From Deltaproteobacteria bacterium (GTDB taxonomy: Bacteria; Myxococcota_A; Polyangia; Haliangiales; Haliangiaceae): 43,023 nucleotides of DNA. The translations under genes were made by a program, and so were the position numbers. Each line of letters begins with the position of its first letter. The stretch's first letter is position 1. The notes beneath the pieces are model-generated. The model ran no database searches. It worked only from the letters and a program-made list of their open reading frames with translations, and was not told where the DNA came from. The DNA is taken from assembly GCA_031385555.1 (NCBI GenBank), contig JANNBP010000285.1, forward strand, positions 1 through 43,023. The letters are read 5' to 3'. Below, piece after piece: positions 7,105-15,544 of the stretch.

Positions 7105-9939
7105 GTGCGACCGTGCTTCGACGACCTGGCCCTGCTCGGGCTCGTGACCGGTTCCTCGGCCGCGTCACCTGCAGCCGAGGAGCATCTCGCGGAGTGCGAG
7201 ATGTGCCGCGCCGCGGTCGCGATCCTGATCCGTGCAGGTCACTCCGCGAGGCCGGAGGCGCTCTTCCCTCCACGTTTCCCACCGGGCACGCGGATCGGTC
7301 GCTACGAGGTGCGCGAGCACCTCGGCAGTGGTGGGATGGGTGTCGTGTACGCCGCACGCGATCCCAAGCTCGATCGCACGGTCGCACTCAAGATCGTGCG
7401 TGCACCTCGGCTCGCGGACCGCTCGTTGCGCGAGGCGCAGGCGATGGCGCGGCTCGCCCACCCGAACGTGGTTGCCGTACACGACGTCATCACCCAGGAC
7501 GACGAGCTGGTGATCGTCCTCGAGCTCGTCCCCGGCCTCACGCTCACGCAGTGGCTCACCCGGCCACGCACGTGGCGCGAGATCGTCGACGCCTTCGTGC
7601 AAGCAGCGCGGGGGCTCGACGCAGCGCACGTCGCGGGGCTCGTCCACCGTGACTTCAAGCCGTCGAACGTGTTCGTACGCGACGATGGCGGCCGCGTCCA
7701 GGTCGGCGACTTTGGCCTCGCGCGCCTGATCATCGCGCCCCCCGAGATCGTCGACGACAACCGCAGCGAGCCGAGCTCGACGATCACGCAGGAGGGAGTG
7801 CTGGTCGGGACACCGCACTACATGGCCCCCGAGCAGAGGTCCGGCATCAGCGACGAGCGCAGTGACCAGTACGCGTTCGCGATCGCGCTTCGAGAGGCGC
7901 TCGCCGAGGCGACGGACGCCGCGCTCGTACCGCGCGACCTCGAGAACGCCGTCGCACGCGCGAGCTCGCACGACCCGGTGGACCGATTTCGGAGCATGGG
8001 CGCGCTCGAGGCCGCGCTTGCAGCCGTCCGGACGCCACGACGCAGCCGGGGCAGGCTCGTCGCCGCCGTGGCGCTCGTCGGCCTCGCGCTGGGCGGTGTC
8101 GTCTATCTTCTCCCGAGCGCGCGGAGCGCCTCACCGGCGCCGCCGGAGCACGTCGTCGCGATGTTGCCGTTTGTGGATCACACGAAGGAGACCGAGCTCG
8201 ACTTCACGCATGTCGGGCTACCCCGCCTGCTCGGCACCGAGCTTCAGCGTGCCGGGCTTCGCGTGATCGGGACGTACGAGCTCCGCGATCGAGCCGCCGA
8301 TCCACCGGCGAACGACGACGTCGTCGCATGGCGCGAGCTCGCCGCGACTTCCGGCGCAGATCTCACGGTGTCGGGTTCGCTCACCAGCGATGGTCGCGAC
8401 GTCGTCGTGGCATTCGCACTCGCACGGATCGACGGGCTGCCGCTCGGGGTGTGGAGCGTTCGCGGCACACCGTCGAGAGTTCCGGATCTCGTCGGCGCGC
8501 AGGCCGGGAGCGTCGTCGCCGCCACCGGTCACGTGGCAGCGGTAGCCAGCGCCCCCCGCGACTTCGCCGTCGAGCGGGATCTGTCGCTCGCGATCGACGC
8601 GTTCCAGCAGCTCCAGCTCGCTGCGTCGCGCACGCTGCTCGAGAGCGTGCTCCGCCGCGAGCCGCAGCGAGCCGAGGCGCTGTACTACGCCGCGCTCGTC
8701 GTCTGGTGGAACAACGAGGCCGAGCAGGTGATCCAGCTCGCCGGCGAGCGAGCGCTCGCATCTAGCCTGCTCCCCGAGCAACGCGGCGTCATCTCCGCCC
8801 TGGTCTCGCTCGTGGCCGGCGACCGCGATCGTGCGATCGAGCAGCTGCGGCGACTCGAGGAGCAGTTTCCGACGAGCTCGCACGTCCGGTACCTCCTCAG
8901 CGAAGCGCTGTTCCACGGCGGCTATCCTGCAGAGGGCATCGCGGTGTATCGCCAGCTCACCGAGCTCGCGCCCCGCTGGCACCTCGCGCTCGTCCACCCG
9001 CTGACCTACTACGCCGTGCACCGCGACGACGCCGGCATGCGATGGGCGGTCGCGCGGCTGCCGCTCCTCGACGAGCCCACCGCCGTGGTCTGGCGGCATC
9101 GCGACGAGATCATGCGCGGCGATCTCCGAGGCGCGTTCCGGACCATGCTCGTCGAGCGCGACGCCGCCCGCGGGCGGGGCGAGCCCTACCTCGGGGAGAT
9201 CGACCTGGTCTCTCTCGCGATGGTACTCGACGACGACGCCTCGCTCGACGCGACCGCGCGTGCGATCCCTGTCGTCAGCTTCGCGCTCGCGCTGCGCCGC
9301 GGTGATCTCGAGGCCGCGCATGCGGCGTTCGGCGTGATGCTGGAGGCGCGCGCGACCGATCGCCAGTACCGGTTCACGCTCACCCACGCCCTGCCGCTGG
9401 TGGTGGTCTCCGGAGACACCGTCCTGATCGAGCGCGCCGTGCGCCTACTCGACGTGGCGATCGGCAGCTCGCGTCCGAGCATCGACGAACAGCTCGGGCG
9501 CCTGGTTCTTCGCGGGGCGCCAGCGAGCGAGCTCGGATCGTCGATTCCCGAGGTGGTGACACTCGCACGGGCGATGTCGAGCCGCTCGCCAGACCCCGCG
9601 TTGTGGCGGCGCGCGTTCGAGCTGTCTTCCGATGGCCTGTTCGTCGTCGCCGGGCGCTTCCAGCTCGCGCGTGCGTTGGCTGCAGCCGGTGATCACGCGG
9701 GCGTCATCTTGCAGTGCAAGCCGATCCTGAGCCCGCACTATCTCGATCTCGCGTTCGGCGCTGCGATCCCGGCTTGCCTCGCGTGGACGGCCGCTGCCCA
9801 CGAGGCGCTTGGCCAGCGCGACGCCGCGCTCGTCGCCTATCGTCGCCTCACCGCGATCCGCACCGCATCCGACGCGCTTCATGTCCGTGCGGTCGCCGGC
9901 ATCGCGCGGCTCGCCGTCACGGCACCGTCGTCCCCTTGA
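7105..9939 (+). CDS. Ser/Thr protein kinase with an N-terminal zf-HC2 anti-sigma-like domain and a C-terminal TPR-like region
   Basis: GTG start gives MRPCFDDLALLGL...EEHLAECEMCRAAV, an HxxxCxxC anti-sigma zinc motif. Hanks kinase motifs are present: GSGGMGVVY, VALK, HRDFKPSNV, DFGLAR, APE. A TM segment (LVAAVALVGLALGGVVYLL) is followed by ~600 aa of helical-repeat region. Confidence 0.85.
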   Translation: MRPCFDDLALLGLVTGSSAASPAAEEHLAECEMCRAAVAILIRAGHSARPEALFPPRFPPGTRIGRYEVREHLGSGGMGVVYAARDPKLDRTVALKIVRAPRLADRSLREAQAMARLAHPNVVAVHDVITQDDELVIVLELVPGLTLTQWLTRPRTWREIVDAFVQAARGLDAAHVAGLVHRDFKPSNVFVRDDGGRVQVGDFGLARLIIAPPEIVDDNRSEPSSTITQEGVLVGTPHYMAPEQRSGISDERSDQYAFAIALREALAEATDAALVPRDLENAVARASSHDPVDRFRSMGALEAALAAVRTPRRSRGRLVAAVALVGLALGGVVYLLPSARSASPAPPEHVVAMLPFVDHTKETELDFTHVGLPRLLGTELQRAGLRVIGTYELRDRAADPPANDDVVAWRELAATSGADLTVSGSLTSDGRDVVVAFALARIDGLPLGVWSVRGTPSRVPDLVGAQAGSVVAATGHVAAVASAPRDFAVERDLSLAIDAFQQLQLAASRTLLESVLRREPQRAEALYYAALVVWWNNEAEQVIQLAGERALASSLLPEQRGVISALVSLVAGDRDRAIEQLRRLEEQFPTSSHVRYLLSEALFHGGYPAEGIAVYRQLTELAPRWHLALVHPLTYYAVHRDDAGMRWAVARLPLLDEPTAVVWRHRDEIMRGDLRGAFRTMLVERDAARGRGEPYLGEIDLVSLAMVLDDDASLDATARAIPVVSFALALRRGDLEAAHAAFGVMLEARATDRQYRFTLTHALPLVVVSGDTVLIERAVRLLDVAIGSSRPSIDEQLGRLVLRGAPASELGSSIPEVVTLARAMSSRSPDPALWRRAFELSSDGLFVVAGRFQLARALAAAGDHAGVILQCKPILSPHYLDLAFGAAIPACLAWTAAAHEALGQRDAALVAYRRLTAIRTASDALHVRAVAGIARLAVTAPSSP

Positions 9940-10594
9940 GCGCGAGCTCGGGCGGGGTGCAGCTTCCGGCACCGTTGATCGCGATCGGCATCGTGCCGTC
10001 GTGCTCGAGGGACGTCGCGGACGCGTGGTAGCGGACGAGGAACGTCGCCGCCGGAGTCGCCGGACGCAACTGCACCACGGTCGTCCCGACGACCTCGAAG
10101 CGTGGCGTCGAGGCCGGTCCGAGCCCGAGGTCTATGCCGAAGTTTGCACCGGTTCCGAGGGTCACGGTCAGCGGCAGATCCTTCGTGGTGTTCGGCAGGA
10201 CAGAGCCGAAGTCGAGGACCGGCGGATCGAAGGTGACGGGGATGCCGATGCCGAGCATCGTCACCTCGATCGCGACCGCATGGTCGGGGCTGACCAGCGT
10301 GACAGTGCCGGCTGCGGAGGGCCGATAGATCGTGGCGCTGATCGGGAGAATCTTCGCTCCGAGCGGCGGGATCACGAGCTCTGGCTGCACCTCGATCTCG
10401 GGGAGGTCCGAATCGATCGCGAGCACGAGCTCCTCGTCATTGGGGTTCTCGATGCGGATCAACTTCGACTCCTTCGCACCGCACGTGACCGGACCCAGCG
10501 CGAGGCGGCTGTCCGAGACTCCAAAGGGTGTGTGGACCGGTTCGACCGCATCGGTACATCCCACGAGTAGTACGAGCGTGACGTATGACTTCAT
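9917..10594 (-). CDS. Lipoprotein with a beta-sandwich domain, possibly DUF1573 / choice-of-anchor-D-like
   Basis: Internal Met with lipobox (MKSYVTLVLLVGCTD). No catalytic motifs were seen. The family assignment is tentative. Confidence 0.45.
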   Translation of the reverse strand: MKSYVTLVLLVGCTDAVEPVHTPFGVSDSRLALGPVTCGAKESKLIRIENPNDEELVLAIDSDLPEIEVQPELVIPPLGAKILPISATIYRPSAAGTVTLVSPDHAVAIEVTMLGIGIPVTFDPPVLDFGSVLPNTTKDLPLTVTLGTGANFGIDLGLGPASTPRFEVVGTTVVQLRPATPAATFLVRYHASATSLEHDGTMPIAINGAGSCTPPELALKGTTVP

Positions 10595-10841
10595 GACCAC
10601 CGTGCAAAGCAACGCCCGAGCCACGCGCAACCCGTCGAAATCCGCTGGGGCGCCTGCGTGGTAGCGACCCCCGTGGCGGAACGAGGACACGCGATTTTCA
10701 CGCGCGACTTTCTCCGCGACGTGCGTTGCCCGAGCTCGATCACCGCGAACGTCACGGGCTGGAAGCCGGCGCGCTTTGCGTCAGCCCGAAACCGACAACG
10801 GCCAGCAGAGCGCTGGCCGTCGACGAATCTCGAGATCGCGG

Positions 10842-12395
10842 TTAGCGAGACATGCCGAGCTCGGACGCCTTGAGCTGCGGGCGCTTCGGGTCCGGCCAGT
10901 CGATGTGGAAGAACTCGCCACGCGGGGCATCGACGCGCTCGTAGGTGTGTGCGCCGAAGTAGTCGCGCTGCGCCTGGAGGAGGTTCGCGGGCAGCGTCTC
11001 GGCGCGGTAGCTGTCGAAGTACGACAGCGCCGACGCGAACACGGGGACCGGCGTGCCGTCGAGCGCCGCGCGGGCGACGACCTTGCGCCAGTTGTCCTGC
11101 GTCTTCTTCACCTGCTCGACGAAGTACGGATCGACGAGGAGGTTGTCGAGGTTCGGGTTCTTCTCGAACGCCTCGGTGATCTTCTGGAGGAACCGAGCGC
11201 GGATGATGCAACCACCGCGGAAGATCTGAGCGATCGCCGCGAGGTTGAGGTTCCACTTGTACTCGATCGATGCCTGCGCGTAGAGCTCGAAGCCCTGCGC
11301 GTAGCAGCACAGCTTGCTGCAGTAGAGCGCGTCGCGGACGGCTTCGACCGTGATCTCGACGCCCTTACCGAGGCCCAGCGAGCCGCCCGACAGGATCTTC
11401 GACGCGCGAACGCGCTCGTCCTTCTGGCTCGAGATGATGCGCGCGAACACGGCTTCGGCGACCGACGCGGCGGGGATGCCGAGATCGAGCGCGTTGACCG
11501 AGGTCCACTTGCCGGTGCCCTTCTGGCCGGCGGTGTCGAGGACGACATCGACGAACGGCTTACCGGTGACCGGATCCTTCTGCTGCAGCACGTCCGCGCT
11601 GATCTCGATCAGGAACGAGTCCAGGTCGCCCTGGTTCCACTCCTTGAGGATCGTCGAGATCTCCGCCGGGGTCTTGCCCAGCGAGTGGCGCAGGATCGAG
11701 TAGGCCTCGCAGATCAGCTGCATGTCGCCGTACTCGATGCCGTTGTGCACCATCTTGACGTAGTGACCGGCGCCGTCGGGGCCGATGTACGTGGTGCACG
11801 GGACGCCGCCCTTGATGGGCTTGCCGGGCGAGGCACCCGTGAGGGGCTTGCCGGTCTTCTCGTCGACCTTCGCGGCGATCGCCATCCACACGGGCTTGAG
11901 GATCTCCCACGACTCGGGCTTGCCGCCCGGCATCAGCGAGGGTCCGAAGCGCGCACCTTCCTCACCACCGGAGACGCCCGAGCCGACGAACAGGAGACCC
12001 TTTTCGGTCAGCGCCTTTTCGCGGCGGATGGTGTCGGTGTAGAGCGCGTTGCCGCCGTCGACGACGACATCACCCTTGTCGAGGTGCGGCACCAGCGAAT
12101 CGATCACCGCGTCGGTCGGGCCGCCGGCCTTGACCAGGATGATGATGCGACGCGGCTGCTTGATCGACTTGACGAAGTCCACGAGCTCGGCGCCCGGCAC
12201 GAGACCGCCACCGGTGTCACCGAACACGCTCGGCGGGTTGTCGTCGACGAACTTCTGCGTGGTCGCAGTGGTTCGGTTGTAGACGGCAACCTTGAAGCCG
12301 TGGTCGGCCATGTTGAGGACCAAGTTCTGGCCCATGACGGCGAGTCCAACGAGTCCCACGTCGGCGCTATTCGGAGCTGGTTTCGCGAAGCCCAT
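10842..12395 (-). CDS. gnd: 6-phosphogluconate dehydrogenase (NADP+, decarboxylating)
   Basis: The N-terminal Rossmann motif is [30 protein letters not shown]. Conserved Gnd blocks are present ([31 protein letters not shown]). Length 517 aa. Confidence 0.9.
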   Translation of the reverse strand: MGFAKPAPNSADVGLVGLAVMGQNLVLNMADHGFKVAVYNRTTATTQKFVDDNPPSVFGDTGGGLVPGAELVDFVKSIKQPRRIIILVKAGGPTDAVIDSLVPHLDKGDVVVDGGNALYTDTIRREKALTEKGLLFVGSGVSGGEEGARFGPSLMPGGKPESWEILKPVWMAIAAKVDEKTGKPLTGASPGKPIKGGVPCTTYIGPDGAGHYVKMVHNGIEYGDMQLICEAYSILRHSLGKTPAEISTILKEWNQGDLDSFLIEISADVLQQKDPVTGKPFVDVVLDTAGQKGTGKWTSVNALDLGIPAASVAEAVFARIISSQKDERVRASKILSGGSLGLGKGVEITVEAVRDALYCSKLCCYAQGFELYAQASIEYKWNLNLAAIAQIFRGGCIIRARFLQKITEAFEKNPNLDNLLVDPYFVEQVKKTQDNWRKVVARAALDGTPVPVFASALSYFDSYRAETLPANLLQAQRDYFGAHTYERVDAPRGEFFHIDWPDPKRPQLKASELGMSR

Positions 12396-12467
12396 GTCAT
12401 CTCCCTCGATTCAAAGAGGCGCAGCATCCCGGATCGCCCGAAGGCGATCAAGCAACCGGCTGGTCGA

Positions 12468-13271
12468 TTACGTCCACGCAGGGACGCCGGGAACGATCAG
12501 GCGGGAGACATCGACGTCGACGTTGAAATACTGCAGTAGCGCTGCCTGCAGCTCCGCGCGATCCGCGAGCGGGCGAGCCACGCCGTCGACGGTGAGCTGG
12601 TCGTTCAACAGCCGCACCGTGTCGCCACCGACGAACATCCGCAGCATCAGCTTGTCGAGGAAGTGCGACTGCGGATAGGTCGCCGTGTAGTGGTTCGCCA
12701 TCACGAAGTCGATCGGATGGTCGACCGCCATCGGCGTCACCCACGCGTCGATCACCGCATCGGGAGTGCGGACCTTGAGTGTCCACTCGCCGCCATCGAT
12801 CGACCGCTCGAGCCAATACGTCATCTCCTTCGCCGCTCCTGGACGGGCAGTCACCTCGGTACCGTCGAGCGGGACCGGCACCATCGGCGCGAGGCTACCG
12901 AAGCCGGGGTCGAGCGCGAAGCCACCTTCGGGCAGCTCGACCGTGAGGAGCATGTGCGTGCGTGGGGCTCGCTCCTTCGGCGTGTCGACGGTGACGCGCG
13001 CGGAGTGACGCAGGACGGTGAAGCCGAGCCGCTCGAGCACCGCATGGAACAGCGTCGCCTGCTCGAAGCAGTAGCCGCCGCTCCTGCGATCGATCAGCTT
13101 GGCCTGGAGGTCCGCGAGCGCGAGGGACGGCGGGCGGTGGAGCAGGACGTCGAGGTTCTCGAACGGGATGGCGGTCATGTGCGCGTGGAGCAAGCCGCGC
13201 AGCGTCGTCAGCGTGGGCGACACCGGCTCGGTCCAGCCGATCCTCTCGAAGTAGCGATCGAGGTCGATCAT
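12468..13271 (-). CDS. Arylamine N-acetyltransferase (NAT family)
   Basis: The true start is the internal MIDLDRYFERIGW. The NAT signature PFENLDV and the catalytic-Cys block GGYCFEQATLFHAVLERLGF are present. It overlaps the upstream GNAT gene stop by 4 bp. Confidence 0.85.
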   Translation of the reverse strand: MIDLDRYFERIGWTEPVSPTLTTLRGLLHAHMTAIPFENLDVLLHRPPSLALADLQAKLIDRRSGGYCFEQATLFHAVLERLGFTVLRHSARVTVDTPKERAPRTHMLLTVELPEGGFALDPGFGSLAPMVPVPLDGTEVTARPGAAKEMTYWLERSIDGGEWTLKVRTPDAVIDAWVTPMAVDHPIDFVMANHYTATYPQSHFLDKLMLRMFVGGDTVRLLNDQLTVDGVARPLADRAELQAALLQYFNVDVDVSRLIVPGVPAWT

Positions 13272-13726
13272 GCGAGCTCCAGGTGGAAGAACTGGTTGAA
13301 CTCGCTCCCGACGTAGTCGCCGAACGCCGGCCCGCTGGTGAACCCGTAGCGGCGGTACATCGCGATCGCCGCCTCGAACGCCTCGCCCGATCCGGTCTCG
13401 AGGGAGAGCCGCGTGTAGCCGCGTGCGCGCGCGACCTGGACCAAGTGCTCGAGCACGAACTTGCCTGCGCCACGCCGGAGATGCCGCGAGGTGACGCGCA
13501 TCGACTTGAGCTCGCCGGTCGTGGCGTCGAGCTCGTTGAGCGCCCCGCACCCGAGCAGATCATCACCGTCCCAGACCGTGAAGAAGCTGATCGACGGTTG
13601 CTGGAGCCCGGAGAGATCGAGCGCCGAGACGCACCCGACGGGCGAGCTGGCGTGCATCCCGGCGAGGTGCTCGCGCAGGAGGTCCTGCACGCGCGGATCG
13701 GAAAACTCGCCGCTGCGGATCTCCAC
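13268..13726 (-). CDS. GNAT family N-acetyltransferase
   Basis: Acetyl-CoA-binding motif region (RHLRRGAGKFVLEHLVQVARARGYTRLSLET...AIAMYRRYGF). 152 aa. Confidence 0.8.
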   Translation of the reverse strand: MEIRSGEFSDPRVQDLLREHLAGMHASSPVGCVSALDLSGLQQPSISFFTVWDGDDLLGCGALNELDATTGELKSMRVTSRHLRRGAGKFVLEHLVQVARARGYTRLSLETGSGEAFEAAIAMYRRYGFTSGPAFGDYVGSEFNQFFHLELA

Positions 13727-13756
13727 ACGACGAGCATGCCTTAGATTTTCCTCTGG

Positions 13757-14308
13757 ATGATCACGCTACGAGCTCCCTCGCCCGACAGGCTCGCGGCCTT
13801 CGTGGCAGCACAGGCGTCCACCGCCATGACGTACGCGGAGGTCGGCGCCACGCGGGGCGAGCTCCCGGCCGGGTACACGATCGATCGCCGGCGCGAGGTC
13901 GTCGGCCCGGCCTCGGCGTTCGACAGGGCAAAGACCGCGATCGATCAGTGGCAGCTGCAGCGCGGCGCGGGGATGACGATCCATCCGATCGAGCGGCCGC
14001 GCGAGGGGCTCGTCGTCGCGCTGGTCGCGAAGGTCGGTCCGTCGTATGCGACCAGCGCGTGCAAGGTGGTCTACACGGTCGACGAGCCCGAGCGGTATGG
14101 CTTCGGCTACGGCACGCTCGGAGATCATCCGGTCAGCGGTGAGGAGCGGTTCGTCGTCGAGCGCGAGGGCGATCGGCTCGTCGTCGAGCTCGTCGCGTTC
14201 TCTCGCCCCAGGTCGTTGCTGTTCAAGCTCGGCGGTCCGATCGCGCGCCGCAAGCAGCTCTCGCTCGGGGCCGCGTACGTCGAGGCACTGCGCCGGTTCG
14301 TCGCGTGA
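13757..14308 (+). CDS. Hypothetical protein, DUF1990/UPF0548-like
   Basis: 183 aa, high GC3, no TM segment. The family call rests on recollected motif similarity (YAEVGAT...GFGYGTL) and is tentative. Confidence 0.45.
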   Translation: MITLRAPSPDRLAAFVAAQASTAMTYAEVGATRGELPAGYTIDRRREVVGPASAFDRAKTAIDQWQLQRGAGMTIHPIERPREGLVVALVAKVGPSYATSACKVVYTVDEPERYGFGYGTLGDHPVSGEERFVVEREGDRLVVELVAFSRPRSLLFKLGGPIARRKQLSLGAAYVEALRRFVA

Positions 14309-14493
14309 GTCGAGCTCCGCAGCAAGCCTGGCGGTCGGCTGTTTGCGATCGCCGCTAGGCTCGCGTCAGGAAGCGTTGTCGGCGGCTCGCTGGTCGTCTG
14401 GATCGATCGAGCCGTCGGGGCCGTGCTCGCGGCCGATCCGTCGCGCTGACTCGAGGCCTCGCTCGCCGCGCCCCGATGGGGGTACGCTGCCGC

Positions 14494-15156
14494 ATGTTCG
14501 CCGAGCTCCTGCACCTCTGTCGCAACGCTCCCGGCGCCCTCAAGCTCAAGCGCGAGCTCCCGCAGGACGAGCTCTACGCCGAGCTGATCGGTCGCGCCGA
14601 TCGGGCCGGGCTCGCGGATCGCCGTCGTGCGCTGGTCGCCGACCTATGCGGTCGCGTGGTCGAGATCGGCTGCGGCACCGGCGCGATGTTTCCCTATTAC
14701 GAGGACGCGGACGTGCTCGGCATCGAGCCCGATCCGGCGTTCGCCGCGAAAGCGCGGGCCGCGGCCACCGGCCGGATCGAGGTTCGCGAGGGCAGCGGCG
14801 AGGCGCTCCCGATCGAGGCGGGAGCGATGGACGCCGCCGTGCTCGCGCTCGTCCTGTGTTCCGTGCCCGATGACGACGCGATCTGTCGCGAGGTCGCGCG
14901 CGTCGTCAAGCCGGGCGGCGCCGTGCGCTTGATCGAGCACGTGCGCAGCGAGAAGCGTGTCGCCGGCGCCCTGATGAGAGCCGTCGATCCGTTGTGGTGC
15001 TGGATCAATGGACAGGGCTGTCATCTCGATCGCGATCCGGTGCCGGCGCTCGAGCGGGCGGGGCTCCGGATCGAATCGATCGACGCGTTTCAGATCTGGA
15101 GCGCGGGCATCCCCGCGTTCCCGATGCGTGCGATCCGCGCGCGTCGGTACGGTTAG
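14494..15156 (+). CDS. Class I SAM-dependent methyltransferase
   Basis: Motif I is VVEIGCGTGAMF. An acidic post-I region and motif II/III are also present (AVLALVLCSV, VVKPGGAVRLIEH). An alternative start at 14476 is possible. Confidence 0.75.
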   Translation: MFAELLHLCRNAPGALKLKRELPQDELYAELIGRADRAGLADRRRALVADLCGRVVEIGCGTGAMFPYYEDADVLGIEPDPAFAAKARAAATGRIEVREGSGEALPIEAGAMDAAVLALVLCSVPDDDAICREVARVVKPGGAVRLIEHVRSEKRVAGALMRAVDPLWCWINGQGCHLDRDPVPALERAGLRIESIDAFQIWSAGIPAFPMRAIRARRYG

Positions 15157-15544
15157 CGGACAGCTCTCACACCGTGGGTTGCGTCGGCACTTCGCCGCAG
15201 AGGCGAAACTGGGCGGGAGCAAATCGCGATGTGACGAGCTGGCGCAGCCTGCACGATTGCCGGGAACACGACAGCACTTGCTGCTGCGTGTCGCGAATGA
15301 CAGCTGCTCTCTACTGATGGTTCGTCAGCATCGACCGAAACCGGCGCGCGCCTCCTACATCGACACCCGAGCACAACACACCGACCGACCAGATTTGTGC
15401 TCGCGCTTACGAGTGATCGAACGCACCGAAGCCAACCGTTCACGGTCTACACGTAGGCTCGCCCTTACTGACACAGCGTCAACAAGGAATTGCGCGTGGT
15501 GTGCAACGCACGCTGGCACCCGCGGTGAACGAGCAACGTTCGCC

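Noticed and set aside
15500-15530. TGGCAC-containing sequence upstream of the M4 protease as a sigma-54 promoter
   Set aside because: The spacing to the downstream element is wrong. The sequence is tggcacccgcggtgaa against the consensus TGGCACG-N4-TTGC, and there is no GC at the -12 position.
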